Assembly (NCBI GenBank): GCA_032718475.1
Contig: JAUCBJ010007214.1
Coordinates: forward strand, 1-64,000
Source: Nemertoderma westbladi
Lineage: Eukaryota > Animalia > Xenacoelomorpha
DNA: 64,000 nucleotides
Direction: 5' to 3'
Shown in pieces: positions 11,756-23,329 of this stretch (position 1 is the first letter of the stretch; the number at the start of each line of letters is the position of its first letter). The notes below the pieces were generated by a model. That model ran no database searches. It was not told where the DNA came from and saw nothing but the letters and a program-made list of their open reading frames with translations. The translations under genes and the position numbers were made by a program.

Positions 11756-14700
11756 TCAATCTATCACTTCATTTAATTCGTCATTATATGTGTATTTTCC
11801 GCCATGTTGATTGATAAGATGGCATAGGTTGGCTTGGTTTAACCAAGTCTGGTTCTCGGTGAGGAGATCGATTGTATTTTCCTCATCATACAGCTGATTG
11901 ATGTCGTCGTTGTCTGAGGAGTATGGTGTTCCCTCAGTTGTGGTTTCTCCCTCAATGTTTTCTTCTTCCCATTCACTCACCTGATGTATTCTCTCATTAG
12001 GGAGTCTTTCCATTAGGGTTCTACGGGAAGGTCCAGTGAAGTACCAACCTACTCTCGTTCTTTCCGCGTACGTTTGCAATGGTTGCGGTCGAGCAGGCCG
12101 TTTTTCCAATGTCTCAAGCGCTTCATGCGCATTTTGGCCGATTAATATCTGCACCCCTGTGTAATCGGTGTTGAATCTAGGTATATCATGTTGCTGGGTA
12201 AAATGGTCTTCATCCCAGTTGTAAGGTTCCACTTGGCTAGTAGCAAAGTTCTTTATAGCCACCATTTTGACCGACCTTACACTATGTTCTCCTAGTTCAT
12301 CCTGGGGAGTGGACAACGCACCCACATAGTAATCTGTAGCTACTGTGGATTTCCAAACCTGCATAAATCCGGAAAGATTCAACTTAGTTTGGAACTTGGG
12401 TTGTCCAGCAAAGATGTCTTCGGCTAGTTCTTTGTCAATGAAGATGCCTGTGCTGCCGGAGTCAAGGAGGGTGTTTACTATGAGGCGCTTCCCTAGCCCA
12501 TGAACCCTCAGTTGCACCACAGGAAATTCTCGGATACCGACGGAGGAAGTTGGCTCTTTCCAAGATGGTTGTCGGTCCGGAATAGTCAGTTGAGGATTTT
12601 CCGCTTCCGATTCAGTCTCGTACGTAAGTGCTCGATACACTGCGGTGTTTATCATATAACAGGATTCATTTTCGTCGGAGAATTTGTCCGTGTAGAATCC
12701 TTCCATATCAGAACTGTGGTCAGTGTCGTTCACATCACTGAATTGGACATGTAGTTCGGGCTCACTTACCTGACTCGTGCGGGTTCTGTCAAATTCGGTG
12801 TGCAGCAAGATGTGATGTTTCGCGCCGCACTTAGTACACCTCGCGTCTGAGTAGCAGGTTCGTCGTTGATGTCCTCGTCTGAGGCAATTATAACACAACC
12901 GCTTATCCCACATGACATCACGTCTATCCTTCAGGGATTTCTTCAAGAATTCATCACACCCACTCAAGCGATGTGGCCCGTCGCACAATACACATTTGGG
13001 TTTGATGTTACTTACTTTAACCTGTGTTGTGTTGTGCACACTGGTTCTTTCCTCAGGCTTTCTTCCATGAATTATCTTAGGAGACATAGGAGGAGTGGTT
13101 ACCTGTTCTCTCCTGTCACTGGTTCGAGACTTAGATTTACTTACGTCTTTCCTCGTTTTATTGACATAATAAGATCTTTCGGTGTCCTTACCGCTGTTCT
13201 CCTTGTATGAGGTTTGGCTTTCGCCATAATCCGTAAAACACACTGGTGTTATCTTTCTCCTAGAAACGGGTTTTTCACTCACCTTACTTTTCAGTGTCTT
13301 CTCTCTGGACTGCTTTAGGAGCTGTAATCTTACCTCTCCATTTAAGAACGACATGAGATCAGCCATGGTAGGGTCTCTTTGTTGCTGGTCCATCATATAG
13401 AGAACCTTTTTGTCCCAACGAGTACCTACTCCACCCTTTGGCAAAGTAGATGCTACGGCTCCAACAACCATAGAACTCTGGTATTCTTGAGACTTACCTA
13501 ACCAATCTAGCTGTATCTCCTGAATCTCATTGGAAAACTCTATAATCCCGCTGCTAAGAAACTTTCGGGGCGCTACTAATTTCGCATATAAATACCTAGC
13601 TAAGTTAGTCCTATTACCATACCTGATGTTTAGTGTATCCCAAACTTGTCTTAATCCATCTGGATGTCCAATAAACTTTAACGCCATTAACTTAGGAGGT
13701 CCTTCCAAGCACTCGATGAGGAATCTAAGTTTCTCTCCGTTAGATAGTACAGAGCTCTGTATGTTATCTTTATAATATTCATTAAAAGGTAACCATTTCA
13801 TCTCATCTCCATTGAACTTGACGACCTCTCCCACCTTTACCGCTTGACGGGCTTTGGTTCTAGCCATTTGACGTGTAAAACTTTCTTGAGCCATCGTATT
13901 ATTTAATATCGAGTTATCGGTATATAAATTTCTCGGATTATGATCAGATCGGTATGGGATATCATTATCAACGGATTTATAATTACCCTTAATAGGATTG
14001 ACTATAGGAGTTTCTACTTCACTAGCAGTATAGATGCGTGTAGGCTCCACACCTTGCGCATGAAATACTTCAGACCTAACGGGTTGACACATTATTACAG
14101 GGGGTGGTGGTATACCCATTCGTATATTTACTAATTTATCGCGCTCTAAAGTGATACTTTGTTGTACTTCTTGCAACTCTAACCTACTCTCTCTCACTGT
14201 TCCCTTTAACTGCTGAACAGTCCCTTCCAATTCTCGGACCTGCTGAGAAGACCTTTGTTTATGGTCTTCCAGCTGCCCGAGCAGCCGATTCATCCCCCGT
14301 TGTCCCTCATCCACCCACTCCACCGCTGAAGCGGGAGCCGCCAACATGGTAGTGGGGTGACGCGTAGGGACGACGGGAGACAAGTCATTTATGTCTTGCT
14401 CGGCGTCCAGGACTGGATGTGGTTCAGGGGCTTGTCTACTGGGCACAGGTAGTTTAGTACTGTGCAAAGGGAATTTAGAGTTAGGTTCGTGAAGTATAGG
14501 GGTCTCTATCACCGGAGTGGCTTCAATGACAGGCCTAATTATTTCAGGCTCATCTACTATAGTAGGGAGTCTGTCTACTCTAATAATTCGGTCTATAGGC
14601 TCCTGATTACTTACATCTACATTAGCTAGTTGCCTTCTCACAGCAGGAGGTAAATTAGGTAACTTCTGCCGATGTGGCGTTCTTCTACATCCGCTTGAAT

Positions 14701-15802
14701 GAGATTTATTACCTCCACCCTCGGGATCCGTTGTATCACCCTCATCGGAGGAGGTAAATACCTGTCTTCTGGGAGTTGATCGACTCAGTAGTTGCATCTG
14801 AGTAGCCGCTCTTTGTTTAGTTAAGTAATCTTGTTTCGCCTGAAGGTTCTCCAGCTCGAGTTGGTCTGTCGCTGCAGATGCTCTCTGTTCTGCTTCTGCT
14901 ACTGCCGCTGCCGCTACCGCCTTTCTTTTGGCCTCTGCTACTGCCACCTTTCTTTCAGCTTCTTCCGCTGCCGCTGCCGCTGCCGCTGCCGCCTCCACTG
15001 TTAACTTTCGGTCTTCTATTTGCCTTTTCTTTATTTTTACTTCTTGGTCCATTACGATGAGGATGCTTTCATCAAATTTAGCCTGCTCCGCAGCTAATAT
15101 TTCCGCATCTAAAGAGTCCAACACAAATTTGGCTCCCTCACTATTGGGGTGAAGTCCAGCTAGCCTTCTCCTTAGCTCTTTGTCATCTATAAATCGTTGA
15201 TAGTCCGACAGATAGATGTCAATAGCATCCTTCTTCTGAGGTTTCTCGGATGTAGCTTCGCCTTCCACCTGAGAAAAGGTAGCATCTGTTGATTCTCCGT
15301 GGGTCATGCGCTCAGTTAGCTGAGCTTTCCATTGTGTCGTTCCCTGGACTTTAAGACTCACCCGTTGGAACCAAGTCTTTACGGCCACTTGCAACGACGT
15401 GTCTTGGCTTCTCTTTGAGGCTTCCTCAAAGGCAGAAAGGATTAGTCTGATCCGTAAAATTCGTTCTCGCACTTGATAAAGCAGCTCTCCCTGCTCTTGA
15501 GGTCCTTGACGTTGTTGAAATAGGTGTTCTTCTAATCGCTCCAAAGAGCTGAAGAATCCCTGGACATATCCTGCTGCTGACCTCTTCCATACAGCTGGAT
15601 CGCGGGTTTCCCTTACTATTCCCATCCTGTATAAGTCTTCCCAGGCAGCTTCCGATAAGTTAAATGGGAGTCCGGGTCTGGGGAAGTTCCATTGCGTCTC
15701 GACAATAGACCTCAGTTCCTCCATCGTGTATCCCGCATAACTGTCCCTGGTCGATCGCTTATTTCTTGTCCAATCGGCTTGATGTTCCTCCACAGCAATC
15801 AA
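11756..15802 (-). CDS. gag: Gag (coiled coil, DUF1759-like capsid region, three Cys/His knuckles) + aspartic protease, element A
   Basis: 1348-aa ORF; KFNGDEMKWLPF...EKLRFLIECLEGPP; CVLCDGPH..C, CYNCLRRGH..C, CTKCGAKHH; protease LLDSGS. True start uncertain. Confidence 0.92.
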   Translation of the reverse strand: MIAVEEHQADWTRNKRSTRDSYAGYTMEELRSIVETQWNFPRPGLPFNLSEAAWEDLYRMGIVRETRDPAVWKRSAAGYVQGFFSSLERLEEHLFQQRQGPQEQGELLYQVRERILRIRLILSAFEEASKRSQDTSLQVAVKTWFQRVSLKVQGTTQWKAQLTERMTHGESTDATFSQVEGEATSEKPQKKDAIDIYLSDYQRFIDDKELRRRLAGLHPNSEGAKFVLDSLDAEILAAEQAKFDESILIVMDQEVKIKKRQIEDRKLTVEAAAAAAAAAEEAERKVAVAEAKRKAVAAAAVAEAEQRASAATDQLELENLQAKQDYLTKQRAATQMQLLSRSTPRRQVFTSSDEGDTTDPEGGGNKSHSSGCRRTPHRQKLPNLPPAVRRQLANVDVSNQEPIDRIIRVDRLPTIVDEPEIIRPVIEATPVIETPILHEPNSKFPLHSTKLPVPSRQAPEPHPVLDAEQDINDLSPVVPTRHPTTMLAAPASAVEWVDEGQRGMNRLLGQLEDHKQRSSQQVRELEGTVQQLKGTVRESRLELQEVQQSITLERDKLVNIRMGIPPPPVIMCQPVRSEVFHAQGVEPTRIYTASEVETPIVNPIKGNYKSVDNDIPYRSDHNPRNLYTDNSILNNTMAQESFTRQMARTKARQAVKVGEVVKFNGDEMKWLPFNEYYKDNIQSSVLSNGEKLRFLIECLEGPPKLMALKFIGHPDGLRQVWDTLNIRYGNRTNLARYLYAKLVAPRKFLSSGIIEFSNEIQEIQLDWLGKSQEYQSSMVVGAVASTLPKGGVGTRWDKKVLYMMDQQQRDPTMADLMSFLNGEVRLQLLKQSREKTLKSKVSEKPVSRRKITPVCFTDYGESQTSYKENSGKDTERSYYVNKTRKDVSKSKSRTSDRREQVTTPPMSPKIIHGRKPEERTSVHNTTQVKVSNIKPKCVLCDGPHRLSGCDEFLKKSLKDRRDVMWDKRLCYNCLRRGHQRRTCYSDARCTKCGAKHHILLHTEFDRTRTSQVSEPELHVQFSDVNDTDHSSDMEGFYTDKFSDENESCYMINTAVYRALTYETESEAENPQLTIPDRQPSWKEPTSSVGIREFPVVQLRVHGLGKRLIVNTLLDSGSTGIFIDKELAEDIFAGQPKFQTKLNLSGFMQVWKSTVATDYYVGALSTPQDELGEHSVRSVKMVAIKNFATSQVEPYNWDEDHFTQQHDIPRFNTDYTGVQILIGQNAHEALETLEKRPARPQPLQTYAERTRVGWYFTGPSRRTLMERLPNERIHQVSEWEEENIEGETTTEGTPYSSDNDDINQLYDEENTIDLLTENQTWLNQANLCHLINQHGGKYTYNDELNEVID

Positions 15803-16091
15803 TACTCTAGTGAGTACGGCCCAGGAAGAATTAGAAGTAGATCTGGATAAACCGCTTCTGCCATCCTTGCTCCGATCTTGGGTGTCAACTCTTCAGTGTC
15901 TGAACTACTAGAGTTATCGTGCCGTTGAGAAATAAGTTCTCGGCTCGGGTGCTGCTGCTGTTTAACAGCCGCTTCTTGGTCTCGCTTAGCTTGAGCCCTA
16001 GTGCCTATAATAGACCTATGGTGCTTTACTAGCCTAGGGTCTGATACTACTACTGTAGGGATGACCTTTCTTACAGTAGGAGGGGACTTGT

Positions 16092-18076
16092 ATGTTATCT
16101 TTATAATATTCATTAAAAGGTAACCATTTCATCTCATCTCCATTGAACTTGACGACCTCTCCCACCTTTACCGCTTGACGGGCTTTGGTTCTAGCCATTT
16201 GATGTGTAAAACTTTCTTGAGCCATCGTATTATTTAATATCGAGTTATCGGTATATAAATTTCTCGGATTATGATCAGATCGGTATGGGATATCATTATC
16301 AACGGATTTATAATTACCCTTAATAGGGTTGACTATAGGAGTTTCTACTTCACTAGCAGTATAGATGCGTGTAGGCTCCACACCTTGCGCATGAAATACT
16401 TCAGACCTAACGGGTTGACACATTATTACAGGGGGTGGTGGTATACCCATTCGTATATTTACTAATTTATCGCGCTCTAAAGCGATACTTTGTTGTACTT
16501 CTTGCAACTCTAACCTACTCTCTCTCACTGTTCCCTTTAACTGCTGAACAGTCCCTTCCAATTCTCAGACCTGCTGAAAAGACCTTTGATTATGGTCTTC
16601 CAGCTGCCCGAACAGCCGATTCATCCCCCGTTGTCCCTCGTCCACCCACTCCACCGCTGAAGCGGGAGCCGCCAACATGGTAGTGGGGTGACGCATAGGG
16701 ACGATGGGAGACAAGTCATTTATGTCTTGCTCGGCGTCCAGGACTGGATGTGGTTCAGGGGCTTGTCTACTGGGCACAGGTAGTTTAGTACTGTGCAAAG
16801 GGAATTTAGAATTAGGTTCGGGAAGTACAGGGGTCTCTATCACCGGAGTGGCTTCAATGACAGGCCTAATTATTTCAGGCTCATCTACTATAGTAGGGAG
16901 TCTGTCTACTCTAATAATTCGGTCTATAGGCTCCTGATTACTTACATCTACATTAGCTAGTTGCCTTCTCACCGCAGGAGGTAAATTAGGTAACTTCTGC
17001 CGGTGTGGCGTTCTTCTACGTCCGCTTGAATGAGATTTATTACCTCCACCCTTGGGATCCGTTGTATCACCCTCATCGGAAGAGGTAAATACCTGTCTTC
17101 TGGGAGTTGATCGACTCAGTAGTTGCATCTGAGTAGCAGCTCTTTGTTTAGTTAAGTAATCTTGTTTCGCCTGAAGGTTCTCTAGCTCGAGTTGGTCTGT
17201 CGCTTCAGATGCTCTCCGTTCTGCTTCTGCTACTGCCGCTGCCGCTACCGCCTTTCTTTCGGCCTCTGCTACTGCCGCCTTTCTTTCAGCTTCTTCCGCT
17301 GCCGCTGCCGCTGCCGCTGCCGCTGCCGCCTCCACTGCTAACTTTCGGTCTTCTATTTGCCTTTTCTTTATTTTTTCTTCTTGGTCCATTACGATGAGGA
17401 TGCTTTCATCAAATTTAGCCTGCTCCGCAGCTAATATTTCCGCATCTAAAGAGTCCAACACAAATTTGGCTCCCTCACTATTGGGGTGAAGTCCAGCTAG
17501 CCTTCTCCTTAGCTCTTTGTCACCTATAAATCGTTGATAGTCCGACAGATAGATGTCAATAGCATCCTTCTTCTGAGGTTTCTCGGATGTAGCTTCGCCT
17601 TCCACCTGAGAAAAGGTAGCGTCTGTTGATTCTCCGTGGGTCATGCGCTCAGTTAGCTGAACTTTCCATTGTGTCGTTCCCTGGACTTTAAGACTCACCT
17701 GTTGGAACCAAGTCTTTACGGTACTTGGTTTCTCTTTGAGGCTTCCTCAAAGGCTGAAAGGATTAGTCTGATCCGTAAAATTCGTTCTCGCACTTGATAA
17801 AGCAGCTCTCCCTGCTCTTGAGGTCCTTGACGTTGTTGAAATAGGTGTTCTTCTAATCGCTCCAAAGAGCTGAAGAATCCCTGGACATATCCTACTGCCG
17901 ACCTCTTCCATACAGCTGGATCGCGGGTGTCCCTTACTATTCCCATCCTGTATAAGTCTTCCCAGGCAGCTTCCGATAAGTTGATCGGGAGTCCGGGTCT
18001 GGGGAAGTTCCATTGCGTCTCGACAATAGACCTCAGTTCCTCCATTGTGTATCCTGCATAACTGTCCCTGGTCGAT
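16092..18076 (-). pseudogene. gag: Second, partial tandem copy of gag in element A
   Basis: ORFs 17716-18138, 16565-17698 and 16034-16561 repeat the N-terminal half of the 11756-15802 Gag; junctions at ~16092 and ~18076. Confidence 0.92.
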
Positions 18077-18800
18077 CCGCTTATACCATTACTCAGTGTA
18101 ACGTGATATATAATTAATATTAAAATACCGGTATACACTTATAGTATATATAAGTATTATTTACAGACTATGATCGGTCACAGAATACCGGTATATAATT
18201 TCAGCCTAAATTTATATAAATAAATATAATAAGCCTACCGTAAATACCGGTAATTTCAATTATTTAACAATAACTGAATTTCTGAATTTTAGGGTTACTT
18301 CCCTTCACTTTAGTACTGATATTAAGCAGTAGTTCAACTGATATTAAGACCTAATTGATGTATAACAGGCCTACTATTTTATAAATCTGTTTGAGTTGAT
18401 TTATAAATATGTATATACCCGTACAATGGGTTTTGACAATGTTTGAAATAAATGTTATTATTTCTAGATAAGGAGTCACTACACAGAAGCTGAACGCTCT
18501 CAGTGGAGTGCTACTTGCTGGACACTAATACAGATATTTATACTTTACTAAGTTACTTATCACTACAATTTACTTGCAATTACTAACGGGTTGAGATTAC
18601 AATCTCTAAATAAACAATAAACAGGTTACACGTACAATTTTTAGGGTAATTTTACAAGAAATCTACAAACCAGCCTAACAAGGAGTTAGAATTTCTGGTT
18701 CTTACAAACTGACAGGAAACTACGGTATTTGAAAACAATAAAGCAGTAGTAAGTAAGTTGCGTTGTCCAGATAAGGAAATACCACCGTCTGACTACTTAT

Positions 18801-19740
18801 TTTTTATTTTTTAAACTATAGCCGTATATTTATTATTAAAGCTTGTAAAAACAGCTGATGCACATCAGATCGCATAGCAACCACCACCAACAACCAGACA
18901 AATATACACTGTTAAATTAATACTACAGTTAGTATATGATACTGTCTGACTGTCCTCCAAACTTGGAGGGTTGTTATCCACAGTCACCTACGCTGGGTTG
19001 CAGTCGGCATTGCTGTGGATGATCGACTCCACGTCGCACCGAACCGGACGCCGCTTAGCTGATCGACAGCCGCGAAGGCACAGGAGGGCTGACTGCAAAA
19101 GGGCGAAACTCAACCTCCTGCGAACCCACACAACACACTCTGAATAGCGGACCTCGCGTTTGTCAGCTAGTTTCAACGCGAGACGCTTGATAAACTGTGT
19201 GGCTGACGGTGAAGCTCCACCAAACGCAGAGAATATAAGGGGAGTGAAGCTGGCGTGCTCCACCTCCCTCAACCGCTCTTCGTATTTGAGCCTCTTGCGA
19301 GACTCATGGTGTAGGTGGGATGCCGGAAGGGACATCGCGGCGTTGGTGTCCGCCAGCGGGTTGAAGACAGACACGTCGATGAACGTTTTCCGGAAACGGT
19401 TTCCCCAGAATCCGCTCACCGACACATCCAGCCTCGCCTGCTGGTCCGTCGATGTCGACCGATGGCTGAACATCTCGCCCGATAGTGGCTGCAGAAGCGG
19501 TTCCACCCCGACATTGTGTGCCACTTCCGTCAGGGTATCGGCGACGAAATCGCGAATCTCGTTGTGCCGTATGGAGGGGAACCCTCCGGTGGGGCACGAC
19601 AGCACGTGGGACGAAGTAAATCGCACCCCACAGGCACAACGAGACGGTAAATTTCGCGGCGTCCACCCGTAGCGGAGGCACAGGGAATCATGGAACCCTT
19701 CCTTGTCGAGGTGAGTATCCTGTAAGGTCATCGGCTTATA
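18801..19740 (-). mobile_element. 5'-truncated RLE-type (CRE-clade-like) non-LTR retrotransposon inserted in the leader of A
   Basis: 12-bp TSD CTGACTACTTAT at 18789-18800 and 19741-19752; A-rich tail at 18801-18812; empty site in element C at ~46242-46253. Confidence 0.9.
18988..19731 (-). CDS. C-terminal CCHC knuckle + restriction-like endonuclease domain of the non-LTR element
   Basis: CACG....SSHVLSC, RHNEIRD, RLDV...FIDVSV, KRLKY, FTPLIFSAFGG motifs typical of RLE domains. Confidence 0.88.
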   Translation of the reverse strand: MTLQDTHLDKEGFHDSLCLRYGWTPRNLPSRCACGVRFTSSHVLSCPTGGFPSIRHNEIRDFVADTLTEVAHNVGVEPLLQPLSGEMFSHRSTSTDQQARLDVSVSGFWGNRFRKTFIDVSVFNPLADTNAAMSLPASHLHHESRKRLKYEERLREVEHASFTPLIFSAFGGASPSATQFIKRLALKLADKREVRYSECVVWVRRRLSFALLQSALLCLRGCRSAKRRPVRCDVESIIHSNADCNPA

Positions 19741-20544
19741 CTGACTACTTATAGTCTTAGCTCTATAAGTACTACGTTATGTACCCGGAGTTTCCTTACC
19801 TAGAGGTTAATTACCGAAGCCAACCAGAGCTAACGTGCCTATTAACCACGTTACAACACAAATATACTGCCGACACACTAAATTACTTTCGGAAAGCACT
19901 GTACTCTAAACCCTAAATTAGGTACAAGTACTTATACAACAAATAACCAGCAGTTAAATATACTTGAACAGCCAAAAGAACCACAGTATCTGCTGGATTG
20001 ACCGGAGCACAAAATCACCAGTCTTTACCTACGCCAAGCAGCCCTGATGTAGTACCGGGGTTAATTTAACTATAATGGTATGTATAACAAGCACTATTAC
20101 TGTAGGAATAAACTTGGGGAGTTGGAGGTTGCGAATACTCGCATAGACTCTGAATAATAAATATTACGCTACCCTTGCAGACTATTTAAACAAAACACAG
20201 ACCAAATGCTGGCAGACTACTGTCAAGCCTAAATAAACTACAGTATATGCAGACTCCGAAATGGTTAGTTAGTAGGCGTTCTAACTGAGTAGTACGACTT
20301 ATTCTTTCGGGGGGGGATTTACCTTACAGCACTGGATGCCCCCACCTTACTAACTAGCACTTTATCGGACAGACACTCTACACACACTGCAATCGCCTCA
20401 GACCCAACAACAGTTAGACAACAATCCGGCCTACAAATTATTTATACAATCTGAGCAGGCTTACACGCCTTCTGCTCAATATTACACTTACAGATAAATA
20501 TAACTGACAGAAATAAGTAAAATCTCAATAAAAACCAGGGCTGC

Positions 20545-21633
20545 TTAGTTGGCCTCTTGTTTATAAATCGACTTTAGCCTATATCAATTACTTAGTGTAC
20601 TGAAGTTACATCAGCCGAAGCCAGTCTGTGCGCGACCTTTCACCCACGGTTTTGGGAGACTGGATTCGGATTCCTTGAGAGTTATTGCAGTGTAGACCTA
20701 CTGTATTATTCGATTGATATTTACGATATAATCTCTGACAATATATTTACTTTCGGGGAAATATTAACAGTTCCTTTAGGACGTGGCGCTTTAAGTATAA
20801 AAACAGAGTTATGACTTATACTAATCACAACTAGATGGCCACTAAGTTTCGTAATTAGGTTTAGGAGATGCTTTATTAACCTTCACACTACTTCACACTG
20901 CTTCACACTACTTCACACTACTTCGCACTGATCTGCCGACCCTCACTGAATTTGATCATATATAAGGTGGATCGCAACTGACACATGTAGGGATTATGAA
21001 ATAGCATTTAATTCACACAAAACCAATATTATGTAAGTTGCAGTTGCTACCGGTAAACCTGTTCCTCTTACCTCAGTAATCAATAAGATTGGGGGGTTTA
21101 TGATTATTTATCAGTATTCTCCAAATATAACAGCAATATCCATTAATATAACAACAATTAATAACAGAAGTAAAATAATGCGGTGAACAGTCAGTATGTG
21201 TTACTTATGCAGGTAAAAACCGTAATGTTCAGTAGAATGACAAGTAAGTAATAATCCAGGTAGGTGAGTTAAGTTAATAGATTTACGTTCTTATAATCAG
21301 GGCCATCTGATGTTTCCTAGGCCAAAGTCTGAAACTTCTACACCGAAGCACAGAATATTCCGAGCCGGTTCTGATGCTCAGAAAAAAGTAAACAAAGACT
21401 GTAATGCATTGCGCGAGTTTCCATAGGCCTCTGTTAGACATAAAGGGAAAATCGCTCTGATTGGCTGAATAGGCAGAACAAAGAGGTTCCACGTCCACAA
21501 GAAATCAGCTGACAGATTTCGTCATCTGGGCTCTAATTCCTTCCCGTCACGCAGTTGGATAAATTTAGGGCTATTTTAGAGTATTCTGCGCATTGCGGAA
21601 AAATTACTTGTTATGTCCGCAAAAGCTTTTACA
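20545..21633 (-). repeat. 5' LTR of element A (last ~40 bp of U5 and PBS region deleted)
   Basis: Matches 1505-2593; the sequence matching 1464-1504 is absent, and the leader resumes at the equivalent of C ~45474. Confidence 0.92.
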
Positions 21634-21934
21634 CCTATCCTAGCTTTGAATTTCATGGCTGAGCCCACCCCTTGTTTGTTGCATTTAAAGCATGATACTA
21701 AATACACAAGATTGTTGCGTCAAATGTCATGTTACATCTAATTAATTGTACACTGTTTATTTTATCCCTAGTATTTTATAGGTATATAGGTTTATTTATA
21801 GGTAACATCGCCTTACATAGTACACATGTAGATCTTTTGCAGTTTGTTGCTTCCCCTATTGTGTACAGTTTATTGTAATGATTCTCTTTATATTTTGAAG
21901 GCGCTAGTATGATGTGTAAAGTTGGTGTAAACGC

Positions 21935-22015
21935 TGTGCCGACAGTGTCAGCATAACATTGTGCTGACAGTGTGCAGCTAATGTGCTGTCAATTTGCCGA
22001 CAGTGTTGGCAATAC
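21935..22015. repeat. ~25-bp palindromic tandem repeat (TGTGCCGACAGTGTTGGCA...), left part, interrupted by element C
   Basis: The same unit resumes at 60726-60781. Confidence 0.8.
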
Positions 22016-23214
22016 TGTAAAAGCTTTTGCGGACATAACAAGTCATTTTTCCCAGCAATGCGCAGTGTAGGTGCTTTAGCAGACATAATCAGTCATTTTT
22101 GCCGCAATGCGCATAATACTCTAAAAGATTGGAGCTCAGATGACGAAATCTGTCAGCTGGTTTCCTGTAAACGTGGAACTTTTCTTTGTTCTGCCTAATC
22201 AGCCAATCAGAGCGATTTTCACTTTATTTCTGATAGAGGCCTATGGAAAACCACGCAATGCATTATGGTCTTTGTTTACCTTTCTGAGCCTAAGAACTGG
22301 CTTGGAATTCTTCTGTGCTTCTGTTTTGGAAGTTTCAGACTTTGGCCTAAACATCTGATGGCTTTGATTACAAGAACGTAAATCTATTATCTGCATATAC
22401 TGGAGCACTATTTCCTGAAACTCATGGAACATTACTGAACAACTTGCCTCCTCAACTATTTCCTGGCTGCATTTACCTGACGAACTGATTAAACTCAATG
22501 CATTACGTAACACATACTGACTGTTCATCGCATTATTTTACTTCTGTTATTAATTGTTATTGTATTGATGTATATTGCTGATATATTTGGAGAATACCGA
22601 TGAATAATCATAAAACCCCCAATCTTCTTGATTACTGAAGGTGAGAGGAACAGGTTACCGGTAGCAACTGCGACTTACATTATAGTGGTTTTGTGTGAAT
22701 TAAATGCTATTTCATAATCTCTACAAGTGTCAGTTGCAATCTTCCTTATATATGATCAAATTCAGTGACGGTCGGCAGATCAGTGTGCAGTAGTGTGAAG
22801 TAGTGTGAAGTCGTGTGAAGTAGTGTAACAGATAATAAATCATCTCCTAAAGAATGCGCTATTTACGAAACTCAGTAGCCATCTAGTTGTGATTAGTATA
22901 AGTTATAACTCTATTTTTATACTTAAAGCGCCATGTCCTAAAGGAACTGTTAATATTTCCCCGAAAGTAAATATATTTGTCAGGGATTATATAGTAACGA
23001 TCAATCAAATAATACAGTAGGTCTACACCGCAATAACTTTCAAAGCACCCGAATCCAGTCTCCCTTAACTGTGGGTGAATGATCGCGCACAGACTGGCTT
23101 CGGCGGATGTAACTTCAGTACATTAAATAAACGATATAGGCTAAAGTCGATTTATAAACAAGAGGACAACTAAAATTGGCAGGTTAAACTGCTAAAGGTC
23201 TAAAAGCGCAAACA
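22016..23214 (+). repeat. 5' LTR of element C
   Basis: Reverse-complement homolog of the A LTRs, with a ~50-bp tandem duplication near its start that is shared with the 3' LTR. Confidence 0.93.
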
Positions 23215-23225
23215 ATAATAGATTT
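23215..23225 (+). promoter_or_regulatory. Non-tRNA primer-binding site of C (ATAATAGATTT), complementary to LTR 22380-22390
   Basis: Directly follows the LTR CA; no TGG; perfect 11-nt complement AAATCTATTAT inside the LTR. Function inferred. Confidence 0.65.
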
Positions 23226-23329
23226 TGTTCTTTATTGCACAGTAGGCAATAAATATAGTTGTCTATTGTTCTGGTAAGAACATTAATAGTTTTAAACTCT
23301 TGATTGCACAGTAGGCAATGAATATTTTG

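Larger units (their letters stand above)
1464..21633 (-). mobile_element. BEL/Pao LTR retrotransposon, element A (decayed, gag duplicated, extra exonuclease ORF)
   Basis: TG...CA termini; 5-bp TSD CCTAT at 1459-1463 and 21634-21638; two near-identical ~1.1-kb LTRs; gag-PR-RT-RH-IN order with Pao-type motifs. Confidence 0.96.
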
